A DNA stretch of 64,000 bases from an uncultured Spirochaetota bacterium (GCA_963827275.1 CAWHAA010000005.1:256001-320000); one strand, 5' to 3'. Positions 43,134-54,034 are shown, counted from the first letter of the stretch. A program made the numbers and translations. The notes: generated from the sequence alone by a model not told the origin.

Positions 43134-44297
43134 ATGAAGAAAGTAACATTTATTATTATTTTGGCATCAGTGGTATTATTGCTGGGGGCGAAACCCGGTG
43201 ATAAGCTTAAGAAGAATTATCCCGAATTGTATGATGCATTCATCGGTGATTGGTATGTACTCTCGCCAACTGATGCTGGAAAATTACTATATCAATTTTC
43301 AATTAATAATGATGGCACTATAACAGGAAGTCTTGGAGAAAATAAATTTGATCGTAAAATTGAATGGTCTGAATGGTGTAACTGTGCTAATCAGGGCGGT
43401 ATTAGTTATGACTATTATTCGAGAAAACCAATAAAAAATGTATTAAAATCAAAGACAACGATAAAAGCGTATTGTTTTATATATTCTAACGTATTGAGTT
43501 TTAATAAATCAAGTAATATCGAGGAAGAAGGATATATTATTATTAATGAATCAGATATATCTCCATGGAAATTAAATGAAAGATATAATAAAATAAAAAG
43601 TCATCTCAAGTATATTATATTTGATTTTAATGGTAATAATAGTCCGGGTGATGTATCTTGTTTGGCAATAAAAGATAAAAATATACTTGATGAGTTTACT
43701 CAAACCATTAAGGAGCAAGAAACAAAATCAGGATTATTGACTAAAATCCCTAAATATTATAACAAAGGTAACTTTGGTGGTGGCTTCAAAGAATTCAAGT
43801 GGGGCATTACTAAAGATGAAGCCTTGAAATTAGGTAAACAATTAAGCTATACAATTGAAGAATATCCAGAGACACTTAATTTTAAAAAGGACGATGAATC
43901 ATTCTCGTTGATTTTCTATGATGGTTATTTATACAAAGTTAATAATGATTTAAAACTCTACGATGAAACTGTGAAAATATTATCAAAAAAATATGGGCAA
44001 CCTAAAGTCGTCATCGAGACAGGAAAGAAAAGTTATTTTTTGCAATCTGGAGGTTCGCATACTGTTCCAATAAAATATTATACTTACACTTGGTCAGATG
44101 GCATAACTTTAATAGAATGGGGTTATTCGCTTTATGATATCTTGCGTACCGATGGTGGATATCAAACTACTCATGACTATGATAATAAAATATATTATAC
44201 CAGTAAGTTGATATTAGACTTCAAGGAGAAAGTTGACGCTAAAAAAGAATTGGAAGAGAAAAAGAAACGTGATAAAGAATTACAAGAAAAACTTTAA
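43134..44297 (+). CDS. Secreted hypothetical protein
   Basis: Signal peptide MKKVTF...; GFKEFKWG..K motif; charged tail. Confidence 0.6.
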   Translation: MKKVTFIIILASVVLLLGAKPGDKLKKNYPELYDAFIGDWYVLSPTDAGKLLYQFSINNDGTITGSLGENKFDRKIEWSEWCNCANQGGISYDYYSRKPIKNVLKSKTTIKAYCFIYSNVLSFNKSSNIEEEGYIIINESDISPWKLNERYNKIKSHLKYIIFDFNGNNSPGDVSCLAIKDKNILDEFTQTIKEQETKSGLLTKIPKYYNKGNFGGGFKEFKWGITKDEALKLGKQLSYTIEEYPETLNFKKDDESFSLIFYDGYLYKVNNDLKLYDETVKILSKKYGQPKVVIETGKKSYFLQSGGSHTVPIKYYTYTWSDGITLIEWGYSLYDILRTDGGYQTTHDYDNKIYYTSKLILDFKEKVDAKKELEEKKKRDKELQEKL

Positions 44298-44336
44298 GAA
44301 TGATTTAGATAAATTATGATAAGGAATATTAATCTT

Positions 44337-44364
44337 GGGGCTGTCAACTATGACAGCCCTTTTT
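44337..44364. terminator. Hairpin between convergent genes
   Basis: GGGCTGTCA-ACTA-TGACAGCCC followed by a T-run. Confidence 0.6.
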
Positions 44365-45415
44365 ATTTTCAAATCATTCCACAAGAAAGTTTTTCAATCC
44401 CGCCAAATAAGCCGAAGTTACAAGCACGGATGTATGCCCAAGTATTACTGAGAGCTGGTGGATATCTTTTGTTCTGTTGTAGAAATCGATTGCAAATCGA
44501 TGCCGAATTCAATGAGGCGAGTACTTCGTCTCTAATTTACCTCCCATCTCATCCTGAATCCTCCAGAGCCACATCGAGAAAGCACTGCCCGAGTAATCCT
44601 TGAATGGTTCCCGCCCTACAAGATTATATGATTTAAGGATAGCAAGAGTATCCTCATCAAAACGTCCATTGATCTCTTTCCCTTTTGACATTGCCCTGAA
44701 GTTGCCATCACGGTCTATTTTTAGAGAATTCAGGGAACCAACACGTAATCCGTATTTACGCAATATTCTCAAAGCACAAAGGGCTTTGATGTTTCCGTTA
44801 AGCTTCTTGAGTTGGCCACGGCCTGATACTTGTTGGGCTTCCTCTATCTGTTGTAGGGCATAGTTTTCAATACAGATCGAGTTCTTCATTCGAAGGGATT
44901 TGTTCAGCCTCTTTGATTGCGATTTTCTTTTTTGGGAGACCCTTGGCTCTTCTGAAAGGGTTCTTGAAAATAATCTCCCAACGTTCCAAGTCAGAAAAGA
45001 ATGAACTCGGAGAAGCAATTCGCTGGCGTTTGGTATTGCTTGAAAGCCTTTTATTGGAATTGAGATAAGCTATGTACTTATCGACAATGAGAGCATCAAC
45101 ATCTATGAGGGATGTGCCATTGAGCCATGTGAGGAAATAATTCAGATTTGCCTTGAAGCTCCGTATGGTGTGCTTGGATTGGAAACCTGATAACCATTGG
45201 TTCACAAGATCATCAACACCCTTTTTATCCAGCTTGGCTTTTTTAACTTCTCTACCGAACTCATTTTTTAGAGAGTCAATATAATATGCCTTGGCTATCT
45301 GCTGGATCTGCTTATCAGATAAGTCTGCTAGCTCAGGAGAGTCTAATATCTTCTGTATGGAGTCATTAATTCTTGTCGCTATCTCTTTCTTGGTATCATC
45401 ATTAATGGGGGTCAT
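44348..45415 (-). pseudogene. Tyrosine recombinase with frameshift (~44880) and in-frame TGA in the HxxR motif
   Basis: N-terminal SAM-like domain; YGLRVG (Arg), H*IRH, LGH, AYL (Tyr). Confidence 0.85.
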
Positions 45416-45754
45416 AAAGATGCCTCCTTTTTATAAATGTCATGATAATAGATACTATCATAACAAGTATAATGATACAAAAAATCCATATCTAAGTCAA
45501 TAGTTAGAATTAATAAATTATAATTTATAAGGAGGTGGTCAATCGATTTGGATAGTTGGAAATGAAATTCTCCATTATGGAGTGATATTTATAATGGGGG
45601 ATGAGAAGCAAATTTAATTATTATTGAAGTAAATAATATTTGAAAAGCAAGTCTCAATTATGAATATATGAGTTGGGAGATCATATCTTCCAAGAATAAC
45701 AAGTAAACCGAAATTTTCAAATGAGATGGCATATTATTTGTAGGATAAATAATC

Positions 45755-47497
45755 ATGAATATTGCATATTTAGAGAATCTAGATTTGTTACATGGGGATT
45801 TGTATTATGATGATATCAAATTGGATTTAAAAAGAAACACAATTCGTACATTAAAAAAAGAAGCAAAGTTGGAAACCAAACAAGCAAATGATTTGTATAA
45901 TGCATTGCCAATACAAAAATGGGCAAATAATAAATTATGGGTAAATTATGGAGAAATATACGATAAAGTTGAAGCAGTTATTATTGATAGTAAATTTAAA
46001 TTAAAGTATTTCAAAATAAAGGATCACGAACCACCGACTCTTTCATTGGTTATTGCAGAATATGAGTTCGCTACTTATGTGAACAGTTGTCCTGAAAAAT
46101 ATCCTGATTTTGAATTCCCTTATTTTTCATTAGATGATGATTATAATTATATTAATATTTTCTTAATAATTATATCAACTATTATTGCTCAGCATGTATA
46201 TGCTAAATGGGAATATATTAATAAGAATGCCTGTAATATAGAACTAGAAAACATGTTTATTATTCCTGCATGGGTTAGTTTATTCGCGCAGTTATTCTCG
46301 GGCGTGAGTGGAAAGAAATTCTCTCAATATTTTGAATTAAACAAGTGTGCTATTGATATAAAGGGAGGAATATTTTATTGTGATATCGAATTATACGATC
46401 TTACTGCATCCAGAGAAGCAAAAGGAAATCCAAAATCTGATTTTCGTATATTTGTTGATGAAAGTGACTTAATAAATTATAACTTAATTAAAAAATATAC
46501 TGAATCAACAATAAATGAAAATGAAGCAGATCTTAAAAATAAACAACAATTTGTTAAATTATTAGATAAAGTATTTTCTCCCAAAGGATTATTATGCTTA
46601 TTAAAAATTTTCTTATTTATTGAAAAAAGTGGTCGTCCTAATATAAAAGAGGCAAGCCTCGAGGATATATTTGTTGATATTAAAAAATCTACAATCAAGG
46701 AATATATAGAAATTATTACAGCATTAAGTATTATTAAAATAATGAAAGTGAATAAAAGCAGGGCAATTGGTTTTTTAGAATCTATTGAACTTAAACCGAC
46801 AAGAAGTTTACGTACCTATAGCATTAAAATTCGTTTATCTCGTCTCTATAAAAGATGCGTGGCAGGATATAACTGTTATATCCTGCCAGATGCCATATGC
46901 AATGAAATATTAAAAAATAATAAATTAAAATTCTTTTTACTAATATTCTTTTTGGAACAATGGGTTAAAACAAAACAACCTGAAATTGATTATAAAATTG
47001 ATGAATTAATTAAAATTGCTAAAATTGAAGATTATTCAGCAGGTGAAAGTGGTGGTATTTTTAATGTAAGACAATATGAGTTGCTTCTTGATACCCTTAG
47101 TTACATGAAGAGAAAAGGATTTATTGGAGATTTGCGTGTCTACTTGAATAATAAAGATAATATAATTTCCCTAAGAGATAAACCAAAAAGAAATGCGTGG
47201 AAGGATTATTCAATAACAATTACTTCTCCTGTATGGTTTGTGAAATATGCTATTGGGAATCATCAAGGAGAATATATAATTTTAAAAAAAGCACCTCCAA
47301 TAAAAACAATCACTGCGGCTAATATTAAAAAGTTTCGTGAAGTTGTAGAATGGACTAGTGTAAAACTTGCAAATAAATTAGAAGTTTCGCCTCGTTGGTT
47401 ACGTTTTCTCGAGACAGGACAAAAAAAGATCAGTAAACAAATTGAAGATAAATTACACAAAATACTTCAAGATATAATTAAAGAAAAAGGTTTATAA
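45755..47497 (+). CDS. 580-aa hypothetical protein with C-terminal XRE-type HTH
   Basis: IKKFRE..EWTSVKLANKLEVSPRWL.FLETG..KI. Confidence 0.65.
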   Translation: MNIAYLENLDLLHGDLYYDDIKLDLKRNTIRTLKKEAKLETKQANDLYNALPIQKWANNKLWVNYGEIYDKVEAVIIDSKFKLKYFKIKDHEPPTLSLVIAEYEFATYVNSCPEKYPDFEFPYFSLDDDYNYINIFLIIISTIIAQHVYAKWEYINKNACNIELENMFIIPAWVSLFAQLFSGVSGKKFSQYFELNKCAIDIKGGIFYCDIELYDLTASREAKGNPKSDFRIFVDESDLINYNLIKKYTESTINENEADLKNKQQFVKLLDKVFSPKGLLCLLKIFLFIEKSGRPNIKEASLEDIFVDIKKSTIKEYIEIITALSIIKIMKVNKSRAIGFLESIELKPTRSLRTYSIKIRLSRLYKRCVAGYNCYILPDAICNEILKNNKLKFFLLIFFLEQWVKTKQPEIDYKIDELIKIAKIEDYSAGESGGIFNVRQYELLLDTLSYMKRKGFIGDLRVYLNNKDNIISLRDKPKRNAWKDYSITITSPVWFVKYAIGNHQGEYIILKKAPPIKTITAANIKKFREVVEWTSVKLANKLEVSPRWLRFLETGQKKISKQIEDKLHKILQDIIKEKGL

Positions 47498-47805
47498 TAA
47501 ATCTTTTTCAATTCAATAGACTAAACAAACCAAACCCTCATTTATCATATCCAAATTGTCTTTAGGAACTAAAGACGACCATTCTTGCATTTCAAAGATT
47601 ACCATGATCTATTATGTACTCGCCAATAATGGTCTATTGAAGTATTATGTTTATGACTGAATAAATAACGAGGAGGTGATTAATGTAATTTAAGAATCTG
47701 GAAGATAATAAATGAAGTTGGTGTGTAAAAGATTGTTATGAAACAATAATATCTTTAGAATATTGGTGAGTATATCTCAATTTAAAAATTAATAGGAGAA
47801 AAAAG

Positions 47806-48261
47806 ATGAATATGTATGATTTTATTTTAACTAATGCTCGTTTAGAAGAAAAAATAAACCAAACAAGGCTTAAACTTGAGGAAAGTGCGTCCTCATTGGG
47901 TTCAATGGTTGAATTGTGCAAACCTGTGGTTGATCTTTTCCACAAGAATTTGCCTGACGAAATTAATCCATTAAAAAATACAGATTCAAGAATACCATTT
48001 TCCAAAGCTTTCATAATGGCGCGAATCATTCATTTAATAGGAACAGTAGAATTAAATGATGCTCTTATTGAAAGCATGGAGAATTGTGATGAAACAGAAC
48101 TGTATTATTTTCATTTCATGTGTGAAACTGAAGAAAGAAAAAAAATAATAATAAAGTCACATTTAGATTTTTTCCAAAAACATACGAATAATAATAACGA
48201 AAAAACTAAAAAAACTAAAAAATCAACAGGAGAAAATTATGGAAAAGCAAATATTAATTAA
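47806..48261 (+). CDS. Hypothetical protein
   Basis: RBS AGGAG, 151-aa ORF. Confidence 0.55.
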   Translation: MNMYDFILTNARLEEKINQTRLKLEESASSLGSMVELCKPVVDLFHKNLPDEINPLKNTDSRIPFSKAFIMARIIHLIGTVELNDALIESMENCDETELYYFHFMCETEERKKIIIKSHLDFFQKHTNNNNEKTKKTKKSTGENYGKANIN

Positions 48262-48592
48262 TTATGAAATATTAGGCAAATATCAGGATGAATTAGGGAA
48301 CTTCGAGCCTGATGAATTGGAAAAATTGCTGAATAATTATAAAGCACTTTCAGAGTTTCAGGATGAGCTTGGAATGTATGAAACTGAAGAACTAAAAGAA
48401 GTGGTGAATAATTATATGACTCTTGAGAAACTTCAGGCTGATTTGGGATTGTGGGAGGCAGATGAACTAAAAGAAATGATTGGAGACCTTGATACTCTTG
48501 GCCAACTTCAGGATGATCTGGGAATTTGCGATACGGATGATCTTAAAAAGCATATCTCATTATTAACAGAGCTGAGGGAAATTGAAGCCTGA
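48239..48592 (+). CDS. Acidic protein with four 25-aa tandem repeats
   Basis: L..(Y/F/L)Q(D/A)(E/D)LG..(E/D)..(E/D)L repeated four times; RBS AGGAG. Confidence 0.7.
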   Translation: MEKQILINYEILGKYQDELGNFEPDELEKLLNNYKALSEFQDELGMYETEELKEVVNNYMTLEKLQADLGLWEADELKEMIGDLDTLGQLQDDLGICDTDDLKKHISLLTELREIEA

Positions 48593-48660
48593 TATAATAA
48601 TGAGGATCACAGTACCATAAGGAGATAAACATAATTTAAACAAGGAGAAATGTATCGTTA

Positions 48661-48726
48661 AAGCAACATGGGTATCACCTGTAGTTGATCATGTAAACGA
48701 AATGCGGACGCTCCTACAATGGGAGG
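48661..48726 (+). ncRNA. Candidate structured element, copy 1
   Basis: Homologous to 49445-49514 with preserved pairing. Confidence 0.45.
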
Positions 48727-48806
48727 CTCGCGCTTTGTACAAAATTTAAAAGGTTTCTCTTTGAGGTGGGGGAAAGGTAAAATTTATAATTTCAAGGAGC
48801 TAGGAA

Positions 48807-49151
48807 ATGGACTACGGAACAGAGATTTACAAAGGCACAAAAATTATATGGGATGAAGATCATGATAAGAGAATTTGTATATTTATAGATGATCTTAAAG
48901 AAAAGTATCCAGATGTATCTTTATATTCTTGTTATGAACATAAAGGTTCAATTAAATTAATATTTAATAATTTTATACCATTGGAATATAGAGAAGGTAA
49001 ATTTATTGAAGTAATAGACGGAAAAACTTATATCTCATTAAGTGAAGAATACTTTGAAGACGAATGCTGCGAAGATGACTTTGAAGAGGAATTGTGTGAA
49101 GTAGATGCTCGAGACGAATGGTGTATAGAAGAATCTAAAATAAATAAATAA
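48807..49151 (+). CDS. Acidic hypothetical protein
   Basis: RBS, 114-aa ORF. Confidence 0.55.
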   Translation: MDYGTEIYKGTKIIWDEDHDKRICIFIDDLKEKYPDVSLYSCYEHKGSIKLIFNNFIPLEYREGKFIEVIDGKTYISLSEEYFEDECCEDDFEEELCEVDARDEWCIEESKINK

Positions 49152-49348
49152 TAATATTAGTTTATAATAGCAAAGGGAGTTGTAGCGGTTTTCAGAAAAG
49201 ATTCTGGTTAATGAGAGCAATAATTTATGAATCAATCAGAGCTGTCCTCTGTAAAAGTCATGAGAAGATTGAAGGCCATGTAAACTAATAGTGGTAAGTG
49301 TTAAACGACGAATTATAGGTGGGAAGAAATGAATCGAATATAAAAAAC

Positions 49349-49392
49349 GGCTTCAAATAAATGATAATGTGATAATACATTTATTTGAAGCC
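49349..49392. repeat. Perfect 15-bp inverted repeat with 14-nt loop
   Basis: GGCTTCAAATAAATG ... CATTTATTTGAAGCC. Confidence 0.85.
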
Positions 49393-49444
49393 AATAATTT
49401 CCATTTTAGTCTTATCAAGGAGAAAATTATGAAATAAAGGGCCT

Positions 49445-49514
49445 AAGCAACACAGGCATCACCTGTTGTTGAACATTTAGTTTCGTACTAAATACGGACA
49501 CTCCTGCAAGGGGA
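49445..49514 (+). ncRNA. Candidate structured element, copy 2
   Basis: Three hairpins including CTCCT-GCAA-GGGAG (GNRA loop). Confidence 0.45.
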
Positions 49515-49768
49515 GATAAAGAAAATAAAAAGCAGGAGCGTCCTATGGATGTTATATTTCAGAGAATCATATTCTCTCCTCTCGGCATATTAATCTACAT
49601 CATCAACCGGATGGCGTTAGTGTCATCCTCTTCAATAGTATGGCTGGTTGTTGGCTCTGGCAACCATAACTTCCACTTCTATATGCCTCAAGCTCCTCCT
49701 TTCTATGAGATTATCAATCATAGCTTAGAAGATTTTACTAATAAAAAAAAGGGAATAGGAGTAGTATT

Positions 49769-51847
49769 GTGAAGCATATAGATATTAAACAACTCCAGAA
49801 ACATCTTGTAATAAAAGGGTTGGCTGGAACAAGAAAAACAGCATTATTAATCGCCATAGCTATACAGGCTGTATCTAAGGGAATGAAGGTTCTTTATCTC
49901 ACTTTTAATAAAAAAATACGTTTTGAGGTGATAGAAAGATCAAAATTAAGCAAAACCAAAGTACATACGTTCCACAGTTTTGCCTATAAGGAAATTATTC
50001 AAACGGACTTTCTAAATGATATTTTCAAAGACTTTTCGGTAGATGAACTAACTCAATATTTCGATGAGGATTATAAATATTTCTCATCAAAATCCAGTAA
50101 ACCTAAAGATTTATCCCAAAAGACATTGAGTGAACTTATTAGATGGTGGTGTGACTATTGTGAAAATAGTACTCAAACCAAGTATGATTTAATTATAGTA
50201 GATGAGTTTCAAGATTTGAATCCCAGTATGTTTAGGATGTTGAAAAAACTCTATATGATTAATAAGAAAAATGATGTTAAGATAATAGTAGCCGGAGATC
50301 CTTACCAAACGATATATCACTATCTGAATGGTTCAGATTCATCTGAGAATTACTTCAATACTTTTGGTAAATATTTTGGTGAATTTGAGACAATACATTT
50401 AGATCAATGTTATAGATGTTCTCCTGCAATACAGAGATTTGTTAATGGGTTCTACAGAAAACAATATATAAATTACAGGCAATTTGATTTAAATGGATAT
50501 CAAACCTCTGATTATTCGGAAGATGTATTTATTCATTTAATTCAGCACAGAAGATTAGTTAATGAAAAAGTATCTGAGATATGTAATCAATATCAGGGCA
50601 TAAAAATTAAAATTCTGGCACGTGTAAATAGAGAATTATCTCCATTTTCTGATTTAATTGCCAAGAATGATCTAATACAAACTTCTACTATTCACTCTGA
50701 AAAGGGCAATGAATGTGATGTTGTAATAATAGTTAATACCATATTTAATGATAAAATATCCTCTGAGGAAGACAAAAATCTGTGGAATGTAGCCATTACC
50801 AGAGGAAAGAAAACGGTGCATATTGTTTCCTCTTTTCCCAGCGAGAAGATATTGGATTTATTTGAAGCAGGAACTTATACTTTAATTTCCGAACAACATG
50901 ATCTATCTAATTCTACCATGGAAGACATTCCCCAAGAAACAATAAATTTAACTCCAGACAAGGTTAGAGAGTCATTGATTGATTCTGTGGAAGTCCAATT
51001 GGATTATGAGGATGCTCCATTTATTCCATATGAACAGCAGAATCTTAAAAAGAAATCTCGTTATATGACCAATACAAGGATCAAAGGTAAAAATATTGAT
51101 CTTGTACTTAATCAGGTCAAAGGAAAATTAAATTTCGAATATCTTGATTTAAACCAGTTGAAAAACCAAGGTTTTACTGATATACAAATTGTATCTTATA
51201 TTCTTGAGACCCAGAAAGAATACTTCAATTACAAGATTTCTGATGAAGAATTACTTTCACAAAAATTAAGAAGATTAGATCTGGCTAAATATTATGAGGT
51301 CTCTGGAACAGAAATATTGGATTATTTATCAATGGTATTAAAATTATCTAAATATTCTGACTCAGATAAAAAGACAAATTATTGTGGAGAGGAAGTTAAA
51401 ACAATTTATTTAAATTCTTCAAAGGCAAAAGAAAGAGGAATTAGGATTTATTTCCCCAAGTACAAAACTATTAATTCTTTAAATACTGATAAAAATATTA
51501 TTAAAGTTGAACTTTACAGAATTAGGAAATTGGGGATTAAAAAATTAGGATTATCAATTAAGAATGTTGGAGATTTATTAAGGTTTATAGATAATAATGA
51601 ATTAGAAAAACTTTATGATGAATGGATGAAATATGAATTTACATCTTTAACTGGTAAAGAAGTAAAGAATATTGAATTATTGAAGAAAAGAAGAAATATT
51701 TCAAGTTTGGAAGATTTAAGAGATTTAATTGATAGAGGTAATATTAAAATTAAAGATAAAAGAATTTATTATCATATTCTATTATCATTTATAAATGAAA
51801 GAGAAAGGAGGGAGATAGAGGAAATAGTTGGAAGTAAAAAAAGGTAA
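49769..51847 (+). CDS. SF1 (UvrD/Rep-like) helicase fused to a C-terminal domain resembling rolling-circle initiators
   Basis: GLAGTRKT, TFHSF, VDEFQD, GDPYQTIY, YRCS, TIH..KG.E, NVAITR; C-terminal LIDSV / RRLDLA / TIYLNS..IRIY / IKVEL. Confidence 0.75.
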   Translation: MKHIDIKQLQKHLVIKGLAGTRKTALLIAIAIQAVSKGMKVLYLTFNKKIRFEVIERSKLSKTKVHTFHSFAYKEIIQTDFLNDIFKDFSVDELTQYFDEDYKYFSSKSSKPKDLSQKTLSELIRWWCDYCENSTQTKYDLIIVDEFQDLNPSMFRMLKKLYMINKKNDVKIIVAGDPYQTIYHYLNGSDSSENYFNTFGKYFGEFETIHLDQCYRCSPAIQRFVNGFYRKQYINYRQFDLNGYQTSDYSEDVFIHLIQHRRLVNEKVSEICNQYQGIKIKILARVNRELSPFSDLIAKNDLIQTSTIHSEKGNECDVVIIVNTIFNDKISSEEDKNLWNVAITRGKKTVHIVSSFPSEKILDLFEAGTYTLISEQHDLSNSTMEDIPQETINLTPDKVRESLIDSVEVQLDYEDAPFIPYEQQNLKKKSRYMTNTRIKGKNIDLVLNQVKGKLNFEYLDLNQLKNQGFTDIQIVSYILETQKEYFNYKISDEELLSQKLRRLDLAKYYEVSGTEILDYLSMVLKLSKYSDSDKKTNYCGEEVKTIYLNSSKAKERGIRIYFPKYKTINSLNTDKNIIKVELYRIRKLGIKKLGLSIKNVGDLLRFIDNNELEKLYDEWMKYEFTSLTGKEVKNIELLKKRRNISSLEDLRDLIDRGNIKIKDKRIYYHILLSFINERERREIEEIVGSKKR

Positions 51848-52507
51848 TAAATATATATTATATTATAGGGGTGTTTTTTTATAAGATAAATGGACAAAAC
51901 ATGAATATTGTATAGTTTCGAATTTTAGATATGGAATCAAAATATGACAGGAGTAAGCATGGTTCAGGCGGTGTTAAAAAAACCCTGATTTGGTTCAATT
52001 ATTAGTAATAACTATACAATTGTTTGGTATTTATTTTAAAAATGTATTTAAGCAAGAGAGCCTGAGGAGGGTATAAATATTATGACCTGCTCGGTGCCGC
52101 TCTCAATAAGTTTGCAATTTATTTCGGAGAGAGGATGCCAGTGTGATCACTGCCATTTGCATAGAGATTCTGGCACCCTCTCATTGTACTCTCTCCAGAA
52201 CTCTTTAATAAAATATTCTACAGTTGATCCAGCCATTCAAAGATCATGAATGACAACATTCCTATTTTAAACCAGCTGAGGGTTGTCCAGCAGTCCCTTT
52301 TCCTTCATTCTGTGAATTACAAGCAAACCCTGAAATAATGCATAATAAGATAAATGATACAGCTATAATCTTTTTCATCCCTAACACCCCCTCCGTATTT
52401 GTAATAATTGGATTATCTCTTACAGTGTAATAATATTTATAGAGCCCTGCCGGTGTGCCATACCTACTTCAGATATAATAACTTGGCTCCCAAACAACAC
52501 GATTACC

Positions 52508-52581
52508 AAATTTTAAGCCTCTGTCCAGTACTTTTTGTGCGGGGGGCTTAATCTAAGAGGAAGTAATTGCTGAAAAAATGC
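52508..52581 (-). repeat. ~75-bp repeat, inverted relative to 54977-55053
   Basis: Direct alignment of the reverse complement. Confidence 0.85.
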
Positions 52582-53035
52582 ATTCATTAACATGGGCCTT
52601 TACTTCTGAGGATGTAATTTCCTAAAAAGTTAAACTATCACGTGGCACAAATTTGGGGGTGGGATCACTTTAATAAACTTAATTGGTTCTCTATACATAT
52701 TCTGGATATTACAAATTTATTCATGCTTGATTGCGAACCAATTCATCATACAAGTCTATACACTAAATTTTCCCGTTGGTTATATTGTCATGTGCAGATA
52801 TTTCTTGACATTAGTCTTCTAATATTATGTATTATAAATAAGAAATTCCATCTGGGTGGGATGTGACTATTATAATTAACATATATCTATTATCTATGAA
52901 TGCATGAGAAGCTCTGATCTGGTTTTAATTCGAGTAGCACAAAGTATTTATTCCTTAGAAATGTATCTGCCTACACTCATATATTGGCATACATAAAAAG
53001 GCTGAACAATCACAATCAAAAGGAGACCAAATAAT

Positions 53036-53821
53036 TTGAAATATTTATTATTATGTTTATTACCTGTTTTTATGATTTCTGCCTGCTCAATAAAACCATA
53101 TTTAAAAGAAACCGATCTTCCCAATGGGATTAAATTATATTCAGCAGATAAACAATTCGTTGTCCATCCAGATTGTTATTGGAAACTTAGACCAGTAGTA
53201 GAAATTGGTCGTGAGTCAATTGATTATAATTATCTCAAACAATTAGATGCTGGATATAAGAATATTAGTTTAAACGTAATTGGAGAACTTGTTGATAAAC
53301 AGAATAAATTCTTTGTGGTTAATTGGCAACCCCATGGTTATTTTTTTATACTAGAAGATGATTATATATTTGTTAATAAATTTATAAAATATTTGATCCC
53401 TCTAGATTATGGTAATGACTCATATCATCCATCTGCATACGAGAACCAATTGTTTCCATATTATAAAGAATCGGGTAGAAATCTCAATATTATTTTAGAC
53501 GTTAATCTTTCAAGATCACTATTATATAACAATATACCTATTTCAAATATTAGATACTCACAAATTAATAATAAAATAATTCAACTTGCAGGGTATAATG
53601 GATTTGCAAACGAATTTTTAAACTTCACTGCATGCCCTCTTTTTGCACAATTCTCTAAAGGCGAATCATTATTATCAATTCATTCTTTAGCTGTTGAAAC
53701 AATTGGGGAAAAACCTTATACAAATCAACATGGACTGATGTTTATGGGTGTGCAATATCAGACAAAATTTATTATTGTTTGGCGGAACGGAGCATTTTAC
53801 GCTTTGCCATGTATTAAATAA
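53036..53821 (+). CDS. Lipoprotein, hypothetical
   Basis: Lipobox ISAC, RBS AGGAG. Confidence 0.65.
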   Translation: MKYLLLCLLPVFMISACSIKPYLKETDLPNGIKLYSADKQFVVHPDCYWKLRPVVEIGRESIDYNYLKQLDAGYKNISLNVIGELVDKQNKFFVVNWQPHGYFFILEDDYIFVNKFIKYLIPLDYGNDSYHPSAYENQLFPYYKESGRNLNIILDVNLSRSLLYNNIPISNIRYSQINNKIIQLAGYNGFANEFLNFTACPLFAQFSKGESLLSIHSLAVETIGEKPYTNQHGLMFMGVQYQTKFIIVWRNGAFYALPCIK

Positions 53822-53995
53822 TTTACTAACTTTATATTTTAAATAATTTGATGGTTGTTGATTTCTTTTATACATTCAATTCCAAACATCTATTGAATTT
53901 TGTGGTTATTATTTAAATCGTCAGATCGAGGACTTTTCTATTATCTAAAAGTGCGAAAGATATTGTACACTACCGAAGCAAACCCCTCTCAAGTG

Positions 53996-54034
53996 AAGCC
54001 TCCTCCAGCAGAAAAAGCGCTGGACAGAGGCTTA
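53996..54034 (+). repeat. Internal 39-bp palindromic core copy of the 52.5/55.0-kb repeat
   Basis: AAGCCTCCTCCAGCAGAAAAAGCGCTGGACAGAGGCTTA. Confidence 0.8.

Noticed and set aside
52200..52378. Short minus-strand lipoprotein-like ORF (MKKIIAVSF...FAC)
   Set aside because: It stops after ~38 codons; probably a remnant, and I cannot define the gene.
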